From: an uncultured Hyphomicrobiales bacterium
GTDB lineage: Bacteria > Bacteroidota > Ignavibacteria > Kapaibacteriales > UBA7675
Length of the DNA stretch: 64,000 nt
Direction: 5' to 3'
NCBI GenBank assembly: GCA_964445695.1
Contig: CAYULF010000007.1
Coordinates: 23,638-87,637 of the forward strand
A program made the translations under genes and the position numbers. The notes under the pieces were generated by a model. That model was not told the DNA's origin. It ran no database searches and saw only the letters and a list, made by a program, of their open reading frames with translations. Numbering within the stretch: position 1 is the first letter of the stretch; the number at the start of each line of letters is the position of its first letter. Of this stretch, positions 47,630 through 57,178 are shown in pieces.

Positions 47630-48709
47630 TTACTGCTCGCGACCCCAGTCCACCAACAGCGTAAAACGCATCGTATTGGCAAGCGGGTGGTTTTCCTCAA
47701 CCGGGCTGATAAAGCTGAAGTCCAGCTGGAACAGCTCAAAACGCACGCCCGCGCCAAAAGTCAGGTATTGACGATCACCAATGCGCGAAGGCTCTGTAAA
47801 ATAGCCGGCACGCAGAGCAAAGACCTGCTCATACCAGTATTCCGCTCCGAGCGAAAGCTCCACGCCGCCGGTTTCCCAGGCAGTGATGAAGGATTTCGGA
47901 ATACGGTCGGCGCCGAATTCATCACGACGCACGAGCAGTTTGGCAACGTCCACCGCCAGGATCAGGTCGTTGAATTCATCGCGCACAACGTTAAGTCCAA
48001 GACCAAGCCGCAGCATTGTGGGGAGCGGATCCGACTCTTCGTTGTAGGTAACGCTGGGACCGACGTTTTGCAGGTTAAAACCAAGCGACAGTTTGTCGTC
48101 GAGGTCGACGCCGAACAGGTCGAGTTTTTCAGGCGCCCAGAGGATACCGAGGTCAAAGCCGACGGAGATACCGGTACCGGATCCCGTGCCCTGCGCATTG
48201 GCGCCTTCGGCCAGATTGGACTGTATGTAGCGGAACTGCGTTCCGAAACCAAAGTCGTTGCCGAGTTGGGTTGCGTAGGTAAGCCCGAGAGAGAACTCGT
48301 TGGAACGGAAGGTTCCGAGGATGCGACCATCGACCGAGGTCCGCGTAAACTGCCCCAGGTTCATGAGGATGAAGTTGGCGGCGACGTATCCTTCCAGCTC
48401 CTCCACGTATTGGCCGTAGGCCGCATAGCTGTAGAAGAGGTCCGCATTAAACTGCGGCAGCCATTTGGAGAAGGACAGTGAGACTTGCCGATCGTACTGA
48501 AAAGCGAGACCGCCCGGGTTCCAGAAAATGGCATTCAAATCGTCGGCGATTCCCGTCCCGGCATCGCCCATGGCGCTCGAACGAGAGTTGGGTGCGATGA
48601 GCAAGAAGGGAACGGCGGCGCCGCCGGCTTGTGCCAATGCTTCTTTTGCACCGAATCCCAGCATGAGCATCACCACGATGGCTTTTGGGATGAGATTTTT
48701 TCGCAGCAT
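47630..48709 (-). CDS. porV: T9SS outer-membrane shuttle/channel protein PorV (PorV/PorQ family beta-barrel)
   Basis: Signal peptide, then family-typical N-terminal block AVPFLLIAPNSRSSAMGDAGTGIADDLNAIFWNPGGLA. 359 aa. Immediately downstream of the porU candidate, as in the conserved porU-porV operon. Confidence 0.75.
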   Translation of the reverse strand: MLRKNLIPKAIVVMLMLGFGAKEALAQAGGAAVPFLLIAPNSRSSAMGDAGTGIADDLNAIFWNPGGLAFQYDRQVSLSFSKWLPQFNADLFYSYAAYGQYVEELEGYVAANFILMNLGQFTRTSVDGRILGTFRSNEFSLGLTYATQLGNDFGFGTQFRYIQSNLAEGANAQGTGSGTGISVGFDLGILWAPEKLDLFGVDLDDKLSLGFNLQNVGPSVTYNEESDPLPTMLRLGLGLNVVRDEFNDLILAVDVAKLLVRRDEFGADRIPKSFITAWETGGVELSLGAEYWYEQVFALRAGYFTEPSRIGDRQYLTFGAGVRFELFQLDFSFISPVEENHPLANTMRFTLLVDWGREQ

Positions 48710-48763
48710 TCACTTAACTCCTGAAAATGAAAACAAACTGCAATCTTGAAGTCTATCGGGGTC

Positions 48764-51700
48764 CTAGCGAATAATCAACACCTGGCCGGTGTAATCTCCA
48801 CTGCTGCCGTCCGCAGCCTGAACCTGCAACCTGAACCAGTAAGGACCCGTCGGCAAGAGGTTGCCCTCGTCATCGCGACCGTCCCACGAAAGTTCGTCCG
48901 TTCTGGAAGCGCTCGCAACTTCAAGTTGACGCACGCGCATTCCATCTGTTGTATATATCTGAACTGAAGTAGCCACAACTTCCGGCGCGCTGTGCCGGAA
49001 AACAAACTTCGTTTCCTGCTGGAATGGATTTGGGAAAGCGCCGACTTCATCGAGACGGATGCCATCACCACACGGAATCCGGAAAAAGGTCTCGCTTTCC
49101 GAGAAATTATTGAAGACGTCCCAGGCGCGCACGCGCACGCTGTGGTCGCCGCATTCCAGATCAAACAGCTCCTGCTCGGCCGTACCGGTGCGGAAGTTGT
49201 CGAGCGACACGGTATAAGCGCCGGTCAGGTTGATCGTCTCGGGCGAACCGTCGATCCAGGCCTGAATATCGTGCCCGATGCCCAGTCCTGTGGCATTGAT
49301 GCCCGTGGCATCAGCCAGGTCGACAATCAAGAGCGGGACGGGCTGGACGTAGTCGCCAGGCACAAAGGTACGGTTATCCAGATAAATGTCGATCTGCGGG
49401 CCGTCGTTGTCGTCGCCGACATCGGTCGTGATGCCACCGACAGTAAACTGCTGAGTAGAACCTTTGGCGAAACGCGTAGCCGATTCGTTGAAGGCATAGC
49501 CGTAGAGGCGGCCGTTTTCATCTGAAAAACTGATGTCTTTGGGTACGACGATCGAGGCTTTGAAGCGCCCGTTGAGCACTTCCGCTCCGCTGACGTTCAG
49601 GATGCCGCCGACCAGACTGAAATCGTGTTTGGTGCGCTCCTGATCGGTGTCCGTCACTTCCTTTTCGATGTCGCTGTCATGCAAATTCAGCACGATCGAA
49701 CCGTTAAAGGTGTTGTCGACATCTTCGCTGCCGGGAATGGCGACATAACCTTCGATCTCGACGGTAGAAAGCGCCTGCAAACGCGGCGACGTACCTTCGG
49801 ACAGATCAATCCCGTTGATTTTGCTGATATAGACACGTGCCTGCGGAATGAGGATGTTCATCGCCGGATCGCCCAGCAGATAAAACTTGCGGTCGTTGGT
49901 GCCGGTCCGTTCCTGTTTGACGTGAAACAGAACCTCGCCGCTCGTAAACTGGCGTCCCGATGTGTCGTCGAACATCAACCCGTAAAAAGTCTCGTTAATA
50001 CGCGCATTTTGATTGGCGTACACCGTCCGGACCGACGAGAAAATACCGATTGCACCGCCATTCTCCTTGAACAGTAGATCTTCAGCGCCGCTCTGGCGTG
50101 AGGGATCGTCAAAACGACCAAAGTCGCAGGTCGCCGCCGTCAGGAAAAAGGGCTTGTCATTATTCTGAAAGAGAGCAATCGTCTCATCTTTTTCGAAAAT
50201 CTGCTCGTGCGCCCAGACACGCGGATTGCCGTGGCCGATCCAGTTGAGCAGAAGCGTGCCGCTGTTGACGGAGGAAACTATATCCTGCGTCACTTTCGGC
50301 TTGCGGCGGCCGCCGGGGATATTCTCGGTCGGGTAATCCGGCAGGTAGATTTTGCGCAGCTTCATCGACGAGGGAATCAAACCGGCGAGTCGCTCTGACT
50401 GCGTCGTGTGCAGTGAACCGTCGCCGGGGCGCGTCACTTCGGCCTGAGAATCATCTGCAATCAGCGTAATTGTCGTACGCCAGTTTGAGATAGACGATTC
50501 GCGTTCGTAGTGCGCGAGTTTTTCCGTGTAGATGGAACCCTGAGAGTTGGAAGTCACCGGGATGCGGCCGAGCGCGATGTCCACCAGCACATCGTCGCCT
50601 ACGACCATCACAAAGTAATCTTCAGTCAGGAACGTGGTATTGACGGCGTGCAGGACATCATCCAGATCGAGCGACTGATATGTCGGCACGAGGTTTTGCT
50701 GCGTGGTATTGATGCTGCGGTAGTCGTAGTGCCCGTCGCCCCACATGAGCGCGTAGCGCGGTTTTACGCTCCAATCCGCCATGGCATGCGCCAGGAAGTC
50801 GCGCACGGCGGTCGGATCGGGCATGCCGCTTGCATATTCGTTGTACAGCTGATCGGTCGTTACGATCGCGATTTTGAGTGAACTGCGGGCCTCGCGATAA
50901 GCTTTGAACTCGCGGGCGCTCTCCAGCAGGTCGCGGTGCGTAATAATCACGTAATCGGCGGCCAGGTCCGACTCGCGAAGGTCGGCCCACTCGATGCGAT
51001 CCAGGGAGGCCACGTTACGCGTCTGACCGCTGACAAAGTAGCGCGCCGGTTCAACCGGATTTGAATTGGCATTGAACACCATGGCGCCACCGGTGCTGGA
51101 CTGGTTGAGCAGCAGTTGCGGGCGGGCGCGGTCCGTGACGTCAAAACCAATGATATTGCCGGAAAACCCGGAAATGTTGTAGTGCGTTAAGCCCGGCTTT
51201 TGCTGGTCGGAGAAAAACTCGATTGAATTGTCAATCGCGCGGAAAGGCCGCGGATAGTGAATCTCAAACCAGTCCACATAGCCGAATGCGGCCTGATTCT
51301 GCGTGTTGTTGGAATAGTCGAATTGCATTTCGGCCGCGCCGGTCAATGAAGACGCGGGAACGGAAACCTGGCGTTCGACAAGGCGCGCAACCTGATACGA
51401 TGTCGTCGCAATGGACTCAAGCGGCATCGTGCCGATTTCCTGCTGCCCGAAGCGAATGTCAAAGCGTCCGTTGGACGAAGATTTGTGCCCCAGCATATAG
51501 CGGAACAGCACGTCGCCCTGGTTCAGCAGGTTTTCAATGCGCGGGAAATAGGTCGCGGGGATATTCTGGTCGACGGTGCGGCCCAGCCAGCGGCGGCCGG
51601 AACCGGGGGTGTACGGATTGTTCAGTTCCTGCTCGTCATACATCCGATGTACGTAGAAGTCGGGAGTATGCACCGGTTGTCCGGAGGGCGGCGTGACGCT

Positions 51701-52765
51701 TTCGGCCCGCAGGCCGGCGCTGCCGCCGATACCGAGGATGTAGTAATTGCGATTGGAGTAGTGATTGATGAAGTGGCGGAATTCCTGGCCGTCGTATTCA
51801 AAGCCGTAGGCGGACGCGCCGTAGAAGACGATAGACTCCAGTTCTCCGCTGCCGTTCGTTTTGACGATGAGCGGCTGCTCGATCAATTCATTTGACAGCG
51901 CGTCACTGACGGCTTCCGGCAGCTCTTTGCCGCCGTGGCCATAGAGTTTGATCGTGGGCACTTCGCCCGGCGCAACGACTATTCCGGCTTCACTCAGGCG
52001 CTGAGCGCTGATGGAATAGATGCCTTGTTCATCGACGCCGACGCGGAGAAACGTGCCGGCATCGGCTGCGAGACGATCGGTGCCGCCTTTCTGCAGACTC
52101 TCCGGCAGTTTTACCGGCTGGACGCGCCAAGACGCGGCCGCATCTGCATTCACGACGCGGAACATCGAACGCGGTGACTGCGACGTCGCTGCTGCCACAT
52201 TGCCGGCCATGAAGTCGACTTCAACCTGAATCGACGTGGGAATTTCGGTTGTACCTGTCGCGTCATTGTAGCGAGCAGCTACAAAGCGCAGCCCGGCGAC
52301 GTGCAGGTCGCGTGCAACCCCAAGGTACTTGATGTCCGCCCAGGAGTTGGAAGAAAGAACCTCATCTGTGCCTGTCTTGGCCGCCACTACGTCGGCAGAC
52401 TCTTGCGGCCAGGCGGCAAGCCCGGCGTTGCAGGAACGCACCGAGACGGCGTTGATCGTACGAATTGCAAACATGCCGTCATCGGGCACTGCAATCGGCA
52501 GTTGGAAGACATAGGCGGTCTGTCCGCCGGCAGTTTGATTGACATCCGTACCAATAATATTCGGTCGGACCTTCATCGAGTTGCCGATGTACAGAGTGTC
52601 CCAGGAGACAATTTTGGGCGTGTATTGCAACACGAGGCGGTGCTGATTCGATTCAACGATCGAGACGCCCTGGTTAGACCAGGCGTTGTCAGCAGCAGAA
52701 ACGGTGTGTACGAAGCAAGGAAGGAAGGCCGAAGCCATCGCAACCGCAACCAATAATGTCCGCAT
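48764..52765 (-). CDS. porU: T9SS C-terminal signal peptidase/sortase PorU candidate (gingipain-like C25 peptidase family, about 1333 aa) with its own C-terminal domain
   Basis: Signal peptide. C25-like His/Cys regions (NWIGHGNPRVWAHE; LTAATCDFGRFDD). C-terminal ...GPYWFRLQVQA...GQVLIIR tail. Synteny with porV. Confidence 0.7.
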   Translation of the reverse strand: MRTLLVAVAMASAFLPCFVHTVSAADNAWSNQGVSIVESNQHRLVLQYTPKIVSWDTLYIGNSMKVRPNIIGTDVNQTAGGQTAYVFQLPIAVPDDGMFAIRTINAVSVRSCNAGLAAWPQESADVVAAKTGTDEVLSSNSWADIKYLGVARDLHVAGLRFVAARYNDATGTTEIPTSIQVEVDFMAGNVAAATSQSPRSMFRVVNADAAASWRVQPVKLPESLQKGGTDRLAADAGTFLRVGVDEQGIYSISAQRLSEAGIVVAPGEVPTIKLYGHGGKELPEAVSDALSNELIEQPLIVKTNGSGELESIVFYGASAYGFEYDGQEFRHFINHYSNRNYYILGIGGSAGLRAESVTPPSGQPVHTPDFYVHRMYDEQELNNPYTPGSGRRWLGRTVDQNIPATYFPRIENLLNQGDVLFRYMLGHKSSSNGRFDIRFGQQEIGTMPLESIATTSYQVARLVERQVSVPASSLTGAAEMQFDYSNNTQNQAAFGYVDWFEIHYPRPFRAIDNSIEFFSDQQKPGLTHYNISGFSGNIIGFDVTDRARPQLLLNQSSTGGAMVFNANSNPVEPARYFVSGQTRNVASLDRIEWADLRESDLAADYVIITHRDLLESAREFKAYREARSSLKIAIVTTDQLYNEYASGMPDPTAVRDFLAHAMADWSVKPRYALMWGDGHYDYRSINTTQQNLVPTYQSLDLDDVLHAVNTTFLTEDYFVMVVGDDVLVDIALGRIPVTSNSQGSIYTEKLAHYERESSISNWRTTITLIADDSQAEVTRPGDGSLHTTQSERLAGLIPSSMKLRKIYLPDYPTENIPGGRRKPKVTQDIVSSVNSGTLLLNWIGHGNPRVWAHEQIFEKDETIALFQNNDKPFFLTAATCDFGRFDDPSRQSGAEDLLFKENGGAIGIFSSVRTVYANQNARINETFYGLMFDDTSGRQFTSGEVLFHVKQERTGTNDRKFYLLGDPAMNILIPQARVYISKINGIDLSEGTSPRLQALSTVEIEGYVAIPGSEDVDNTFNGSIVLNLHDSDIEKEVTDTDQERTKHDFSLVGGILNVSGAEVLNGRFKASIVVPKDISFSDENGRLYGYAFNESATRFAKGSTQQFTVGGITTDVGDDNDGPQIDIYLDNRTFVPGDYVQPVPLLIVDLADATGINATGLGIGHDIQAWIDGSPETINLTGAYTVSLDNFRTGTAEQELFDLECGDHSVRVRAWDVFNNFSESETFFRIPCGDGIRLDEVGAFPNPFQQETKFVFRHSAPEVVATSVQIYTTDGMRVRQLEVASASRTDELSWDGRDDEGNLLPTGPYWFRLQVQAADGSSGDYTGQVLIIR

Positions 52766-53364
52766 ACTCGTCCTTTATCGACTTAAATGAGGTCGTGCGC
52801 GATATCTACGGTAAGGCGATCTGCTCGTCGCAGACGTGTATTACCGATAGCTGTCAAACTTTGCGGATATTAACAGGGTAGCAGTATGTGCGATAGACGG
52901 GCCCGTTTTGTTGGTAAATTTCGTCCAATTTACGCGTTGTCGGCACAATGAGTCAAGGGAAAACTGACTGACCTGCCTTGAGCGAAACTGGCCGGCAAAC
53001 TTGAAGCACTTTGTGCACCGGCAGTAAAGACTGCTTTTATCATTGATTCGGGGTCCCTTGCACCGACTGTTTACAGCCGCAATCAGGTAGTGTCAACCGA
53101 ATCTGCGATGCACAAGTTCCACGCTGGTCGTGCGAGTGCTTGCCCCTAGTAAACCGGATTTGCGGCTTTGCGTTACAGCGCCGCACTCCTTTGTTTGTCT
53201 TTTGTTTGCCACTGAATTTCGAACTACATGAAGACGCGACGGAGCAACAAAACACGACACATTGAGGCTTCAACCGTCCAAGGACTCAAAGCTCATATGA
53301 TTGTCACATCCGTGCCGTTATAGCGCCCATACTTCGCAGTCGAACGCCACAATCCAACAAACAA

Positions 53365-53395
53365 CAAGGCCGGACCCAATACAGGTCCGGCCTTG
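53365..53395 (-). terminator. Perfect 12-bp palindrome hairpin between the Omp28-like/T9SS gene and porU; acts as terminator on the minus strand
   Basis: caaggccggacc-caataca-ggtccggccttg; minus-strand continuation UUGUUUGUUGG. Confidence 0.6.
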
Positions 53396-53442
53396 TGAAT
53401 ATCTGACTCAGCAGGCATCAGGATTACTGATGCACCGACTGA

Positions 53443-55947
53443 TTACTTCGTGTTGACGGCGGGAACAGTGATCGACTGTTCGCCGGATTCCATCACGATG
53501 AAGTAGGTACCGCCCGGCAGATCCGTAGCGTCGAACTGCGTCGAGTACGAACCCGGAGCCAGGATGCCGTTCGCAAGTTGAGCAACTTCCTGACCAGCCA
53601 GGTTGAAGACGGAGATCGAGACGTTCTGAGCGGCCGGCGAGGTCAGAGAGTACTCTACCATCGTGCTGCCATAGAACGGATTCTGCACCGTACGCAACGT
53701 GAGCATGTCGTTTTGCGCTTCGTTGTTCGCAACGCCGGAGACCGTGAGGTCGGTCGTAGCGGTCAGGTCAACGAACCAGGATTCGCTGTTGGAAGCGTTC
53801 GACGAGATGAACATGAAGGCGGCGTATTCTTTTTCAACACCGGCTTCACCCGTGAAGCTGACATCGATCATAGCGGACGAGTTCGGCTCGATGTTCATCG
53901 GCAGAGAAACGTTGTTCACGCTGAAGAAGTCGTCTTCGATCGAGATGTCGGAGATAACCAGCGTTTCCGAACCCGTGTTGCGAATCTCGTAGGATTCAAC
54001 TTTGGTTTGACCCGGGTAGACGTTGCCGAAGTCGAGCTCGATTTCAGCGTCGATAACCGGACCTTGAGCAGCGTCGGTCGACAGCCAGTCCAGAACGCGC
54101 GTCATGATGTTCACGCGGTCGTTAACGTTGGCCAGCGCTTCCATACCGAAACCGCCATAGTAAATTTTACCTTGAGCCTGACCGATCACAGCTTTGACGG
54201 CGGCAACGTTGGCCATCGCATTGTCCGTGTAGAAACAGGCTTCAGCCGGACCGGAACCGATCGACATCTGATCCGTGAACGGATCAAAGGTCGGCCACGA
54301 TTGCTGGTTGTACTGGTTGGCCTGAGCAATAGTGATGCCGTTACCGATTTCGTCATTGGCAACACCATTGATCGCAAAACCACTGATCGACGCGCCGCCG
54401 CCCTGATTGAGCTGATAGCGCTGCAGCGGAGCCGTATTGAAGTTCACACCAAGCGTCGTGGCAAAGAATGCGCGCGTCGGCTCGAGACCATCAGGCGTCG
54501 GCGTGCTCAGAGACGCGCCGGCCGAGAAGTGCGAGAAGACGGCAATGCGTTTGCCCTGAACCAGCCAGCGCTGAACATTCGACAGCCAGTAGTTGTTGAG
54601 AACGCGCTGTTCGCCGGTAATGACCTGCGGGTCAAAGCGCAGCGGCAGGATGTGCTTCTCAATGTCGTCGCCAAAGGCCGTCATGTTTTCCGAGGTAGCC
54701 AGAACAGCAATGCTCTTGCCGGCGTATTTCGGGCTCTGCTCAAGCGTTGCATTGCGATAGATCGAAGCGGCATAGGCGTTCAGACCCGTCCAGACAACCA
54801 CTTCCGGCGTACCGGCGAAGATTTGCGGCTCAAGGATTTCGAGGTCGGCAACTTCACCCGGAGCGTAATCTTCGGGCAGTACGGCGCGAACTTCGATCAG
54901 CGAACCTTCCAGGAAAGCTTCCGAACCCGTATAGGTATAGACAGCTTCTACAACCTGCGTAGCGCCGGCTTCCATCGTGAAGGTCTCAGGCGACATCTGG
55001 ACAGTTACACCGTCCGGCAGATTGACCGAGCGAACTTCAGCCATGACAGCGTGGTCGTCGTCGTTGATCACGTTGAACGTGCGCGTAACCTGCGGCGTCT
55101 CGGAGGTCAGACGAATCATCGGATTGCCAACCCACTCAGCGTTGAGTTCGTGGCCCTGGATGTTCGAAGCAGCCTGGAAGATTTCGTGCGTGAAGTCGCT
55201 TTGAACAAAAGCAACCACGTAGATTTCGTCCTGCGGAGCCAGCTCATCGTAGGTCAGCGAGTAGCTGAAATCGTAGGTATTCGAGGAACCCGGATCAATC
55301 GTGATTTCCGTGCCGGCAGGCGACGGAAGCATGTCGAGAGCGACGTCCGTGTGCAGGAGTTCACCGTTGTGACCAGGCAGCGTTTCAGCCAGGTTCGGCA
55401 GCAGAACTTTGCGGGCCACTACAACGACGTGCAGTTTGACGGTACCGAGGTTGGCGCCTGCTTCGGAGTCAACCTGAACCGAAACTTTGATGTTCTCCAT
55501 GTCGCTGCGATCTTCCGTCACAGACATGGTAACCGGCGTGGCTTTGGCTTTGATCGTATTGATAGCCGTTTCGGTAGCGTCCATCAACTGCATGTTGGGG
55601 TTCTGCTGACCGCCAACCCAGCCGTAGGGAATGCCGTACTGACCATCGGTGTCATAATAAGCGATACGCGTGCGACCCATGTCGCCGCGAGCCGCGTCGC
55701 GATCCTGCCAGGGATCATTGGGCCGCGGCCACCACATGTGCATGCGGACCGACAAGACACCCTCGCGATAATCGACGAGCTCATTTAATACTTCCGTTGC
55801 GGGCACGCAAGGAGGGCAGGTGGCGCTGTTGAATTCTTCAACCAGTGCAACGCGATCGGCTGCAACTGCTGAAGTGCTCCATGCCATGAAGCCGGCAGCA
55901 ACCACTAACAAAAAGGTAGAAATTCTGCGCATTGTCAGAAACTCCAT
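53443..55947 (-). CDS. Large Omp28-related/thioredoxin-like-motif protein with T9SS C-terminal domain (834 aa)
   Basis: Signal peptide. N-terminal LVEEFNSATCPPCVPATE (EEF..CxxC) motif shared with the adjacent Omp28-like lipoprotein. C-terminal QNPFYGSTMVEY...GGTYFIVME...AVNTK tail. Confidence 0.6.
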   Translation of the reverse strand: MEFLTMRRISTFLLVVAAGFMAWSTSAVAADRVALVEEFNSATCPPCVPATEVLNELVDYREGVLSVRMHMWWPRPNDPWQDRDAARGDMGRTRIAYYDTDGQYGIPYGWVGGQQNPNMQLMDATETAINTIKAKATPVTMSVTEDRSDMENIKVSVQVDSEAGANLGTVKLHVVVVARKVLLPNLAETLPGHNGELLHTDVALDMLPSPAGTEITIDPGSSNTYDFSYSLTYDELAPQDEIYVVAFVQSDFTHEIFQAASNIQGHELNAEWVGNPMIRLTSETPQVTRTFNVINDDDHAVMAEVRSVNLPDGVTVQMSPETFTMEAGATQVVEAVYTYTGSEAFLEGSLIEVRAVLPEDYAPGEVADLEILEPQIFAGTPEVVVWTGLNAYAASIYRNATLEQSPKYAGKSIAVLATSENMTAFGDDIEKHILPLRFDPQVITGEQRVLNNYWLSNVQRWLVQGKRIAVFSHFSAGASLSTPTPDGLEPTRAFFATTLGVNFNTAPLQRYQLNQGGGASISGFAINGVANDEIGNGITIAQANQYNQQSWPTFDPFTDQMSIGSGPAEACFYTDNAMANVAAVKAVIGQAQGKIYYGGFGMEALANVNDRVNIMTRVLDWLSTDAAQGPVIDAEIELDFGNVYPGQTKVESYEIRNTGSETLVISDISIEDDFFSVNNVSLPMNIEPNSSAMIDVSFTGEAGVEKEYAAFMFISSNASNSESWFVDLTATTDLTVSGVANNEAQNDMLTLRTVQNPFYGSTMVEYSLTSPAAQNVSISVFNLAGQEVAQLANGILAPGSYSTQFDATDLPGGTYFIVMESGEQSITVPAVNTK

Positions 55948-56213
55948 TTTTAGATAAAGAAATAGTACATGTCAAAGACGTGTTCGAAGGTTGTAGTTCG
56001 CTTCCGAATTTTTCAGTGTGTGTATGGAAGCGTTGCTCCGATTTATGCAGTGACGATAAGGTCAGAAATCAAGTTAAATCGGAAAATTGAAGCAGCCCCA
56101 CTTGCTCCAAGCAGAAAAATAAGGATAAATGTTGCACACTTGCAAGTAGTGTACAATGTTTCCCCTTTTTGTCCTACCGCGCTGATAACAAATAGCGGGA
56201 GCACCAAACAGCT

Positions 56214-57080
56214 TTATTCTCCCACGTGAGCCGCTTCGACCTGCAGGATGCGATCTGTCCCCTGAAAATCGTGCACCATGACGACAACTTCCAGCTCGTC
56301 CGGGTTCCATTCTTCAGGATCAATTGTCAAAGTCCAGGACTTCTCGATTTCGTCGCCCACCGAAGCAGCCGAAGCCGCAACCGGTTCGCCCCAGGTTCCA
56401 TTAAAGGAGGCGCGCAGAACGTGCTGGTGCACGTAGTCTTGCACGATATTCGGGGTTTTGCGCTCGTCCACCTGAACCTGCACAAAGTTATTCTCGATCA
56501 GGTACACGGCGACATAGTCGTTTTCGCCGCCATCTTCAAAATACGTAATCGTAGCATCGACGCTTACGGTGTTGGTCGCTTCGTTGTAATCGCTCGTGAC
56601 TTCAATCATCATCGGCGCGTCCTGCTCCAGCAGTGAGTTTACCGACGAGCGCCAATCTCCCGGACCGACGACTTTGGAGTTGTTGAAGTCGGAACGATTA
56701 ATCAAAGCGTTCGGTGTACCGGGTGCGTTGACGTCAAACTTGTCGTCGAGTTGATCACCAACCGGCGTACGGAAATCGTAGGTAAAGGGTGAGCTGCCGC
56801 TGCCGGTTTCCGCAAAGAAGCCGGAGTGCACGGAAATGAGAATTACCTGATCCTCGTTGCGTGCTTTGATATCAGCCGCGATTTCAGTTGCCGCCGGACA
56901 GGTACGGCAGCGGAATCCGGTAAATTCCTCCAACAAGATCTTTTGCACGCGATCGCCGACCGGGCCGCCGGAATTGCCGTAGCTGTCCGGATCGCGATAG
57001 GGACCGTTTACTTCATCACAAGCACCCAACAGAAACACGGTTGCGATAAGACCAACGATGAGTTTTTGTTGTTTCAACAT
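56214..57080 (-). CDS. Omp28-related outer-membrane lipoprotein with CxxC motif (ORF open to 57158; lipoprotein signal starts at Met 57080)
   Basis: Lipobox VFLLGAC. ILLEEFTGFRCRTCPAATE motif. About 288 aa. Confidence 0.6.
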   Translation of the reverse strand: MLKQQKLIVGLIATVFLLGACDEVNGPYRDPDSYGNSGGPVGDRVQKILLEEFTGFRCRTCPAATEIAADIKARNEDQVILISVHSGFFAETGSGSSPFTYDFRTPVGDQLDDKFDVNAPGTPNALINRSDFNNSKVVGPGDWRSSVNSLLEQDAPMMIEVTSDYNEATNTVSVDATITYFEDGGENDYVAVYLIENNFVQVQVDERKTPNIVQDYVHQHVLRASFNGTWGEPVAASAASVGDEIEKSWTLTIDPEEWNPDELEVVVMVHDFQGTDRILQVEAAHVGE

Positions 57081-57178
57081 ATCAGCCTGACCATGTGTTA
57101 GATTCGTCGAATTCAAGAGTATTAGCGGCAGCTCAACTTGGAACGCTATGACAAACAAAAATGGGTTGCAGTCAGGAA

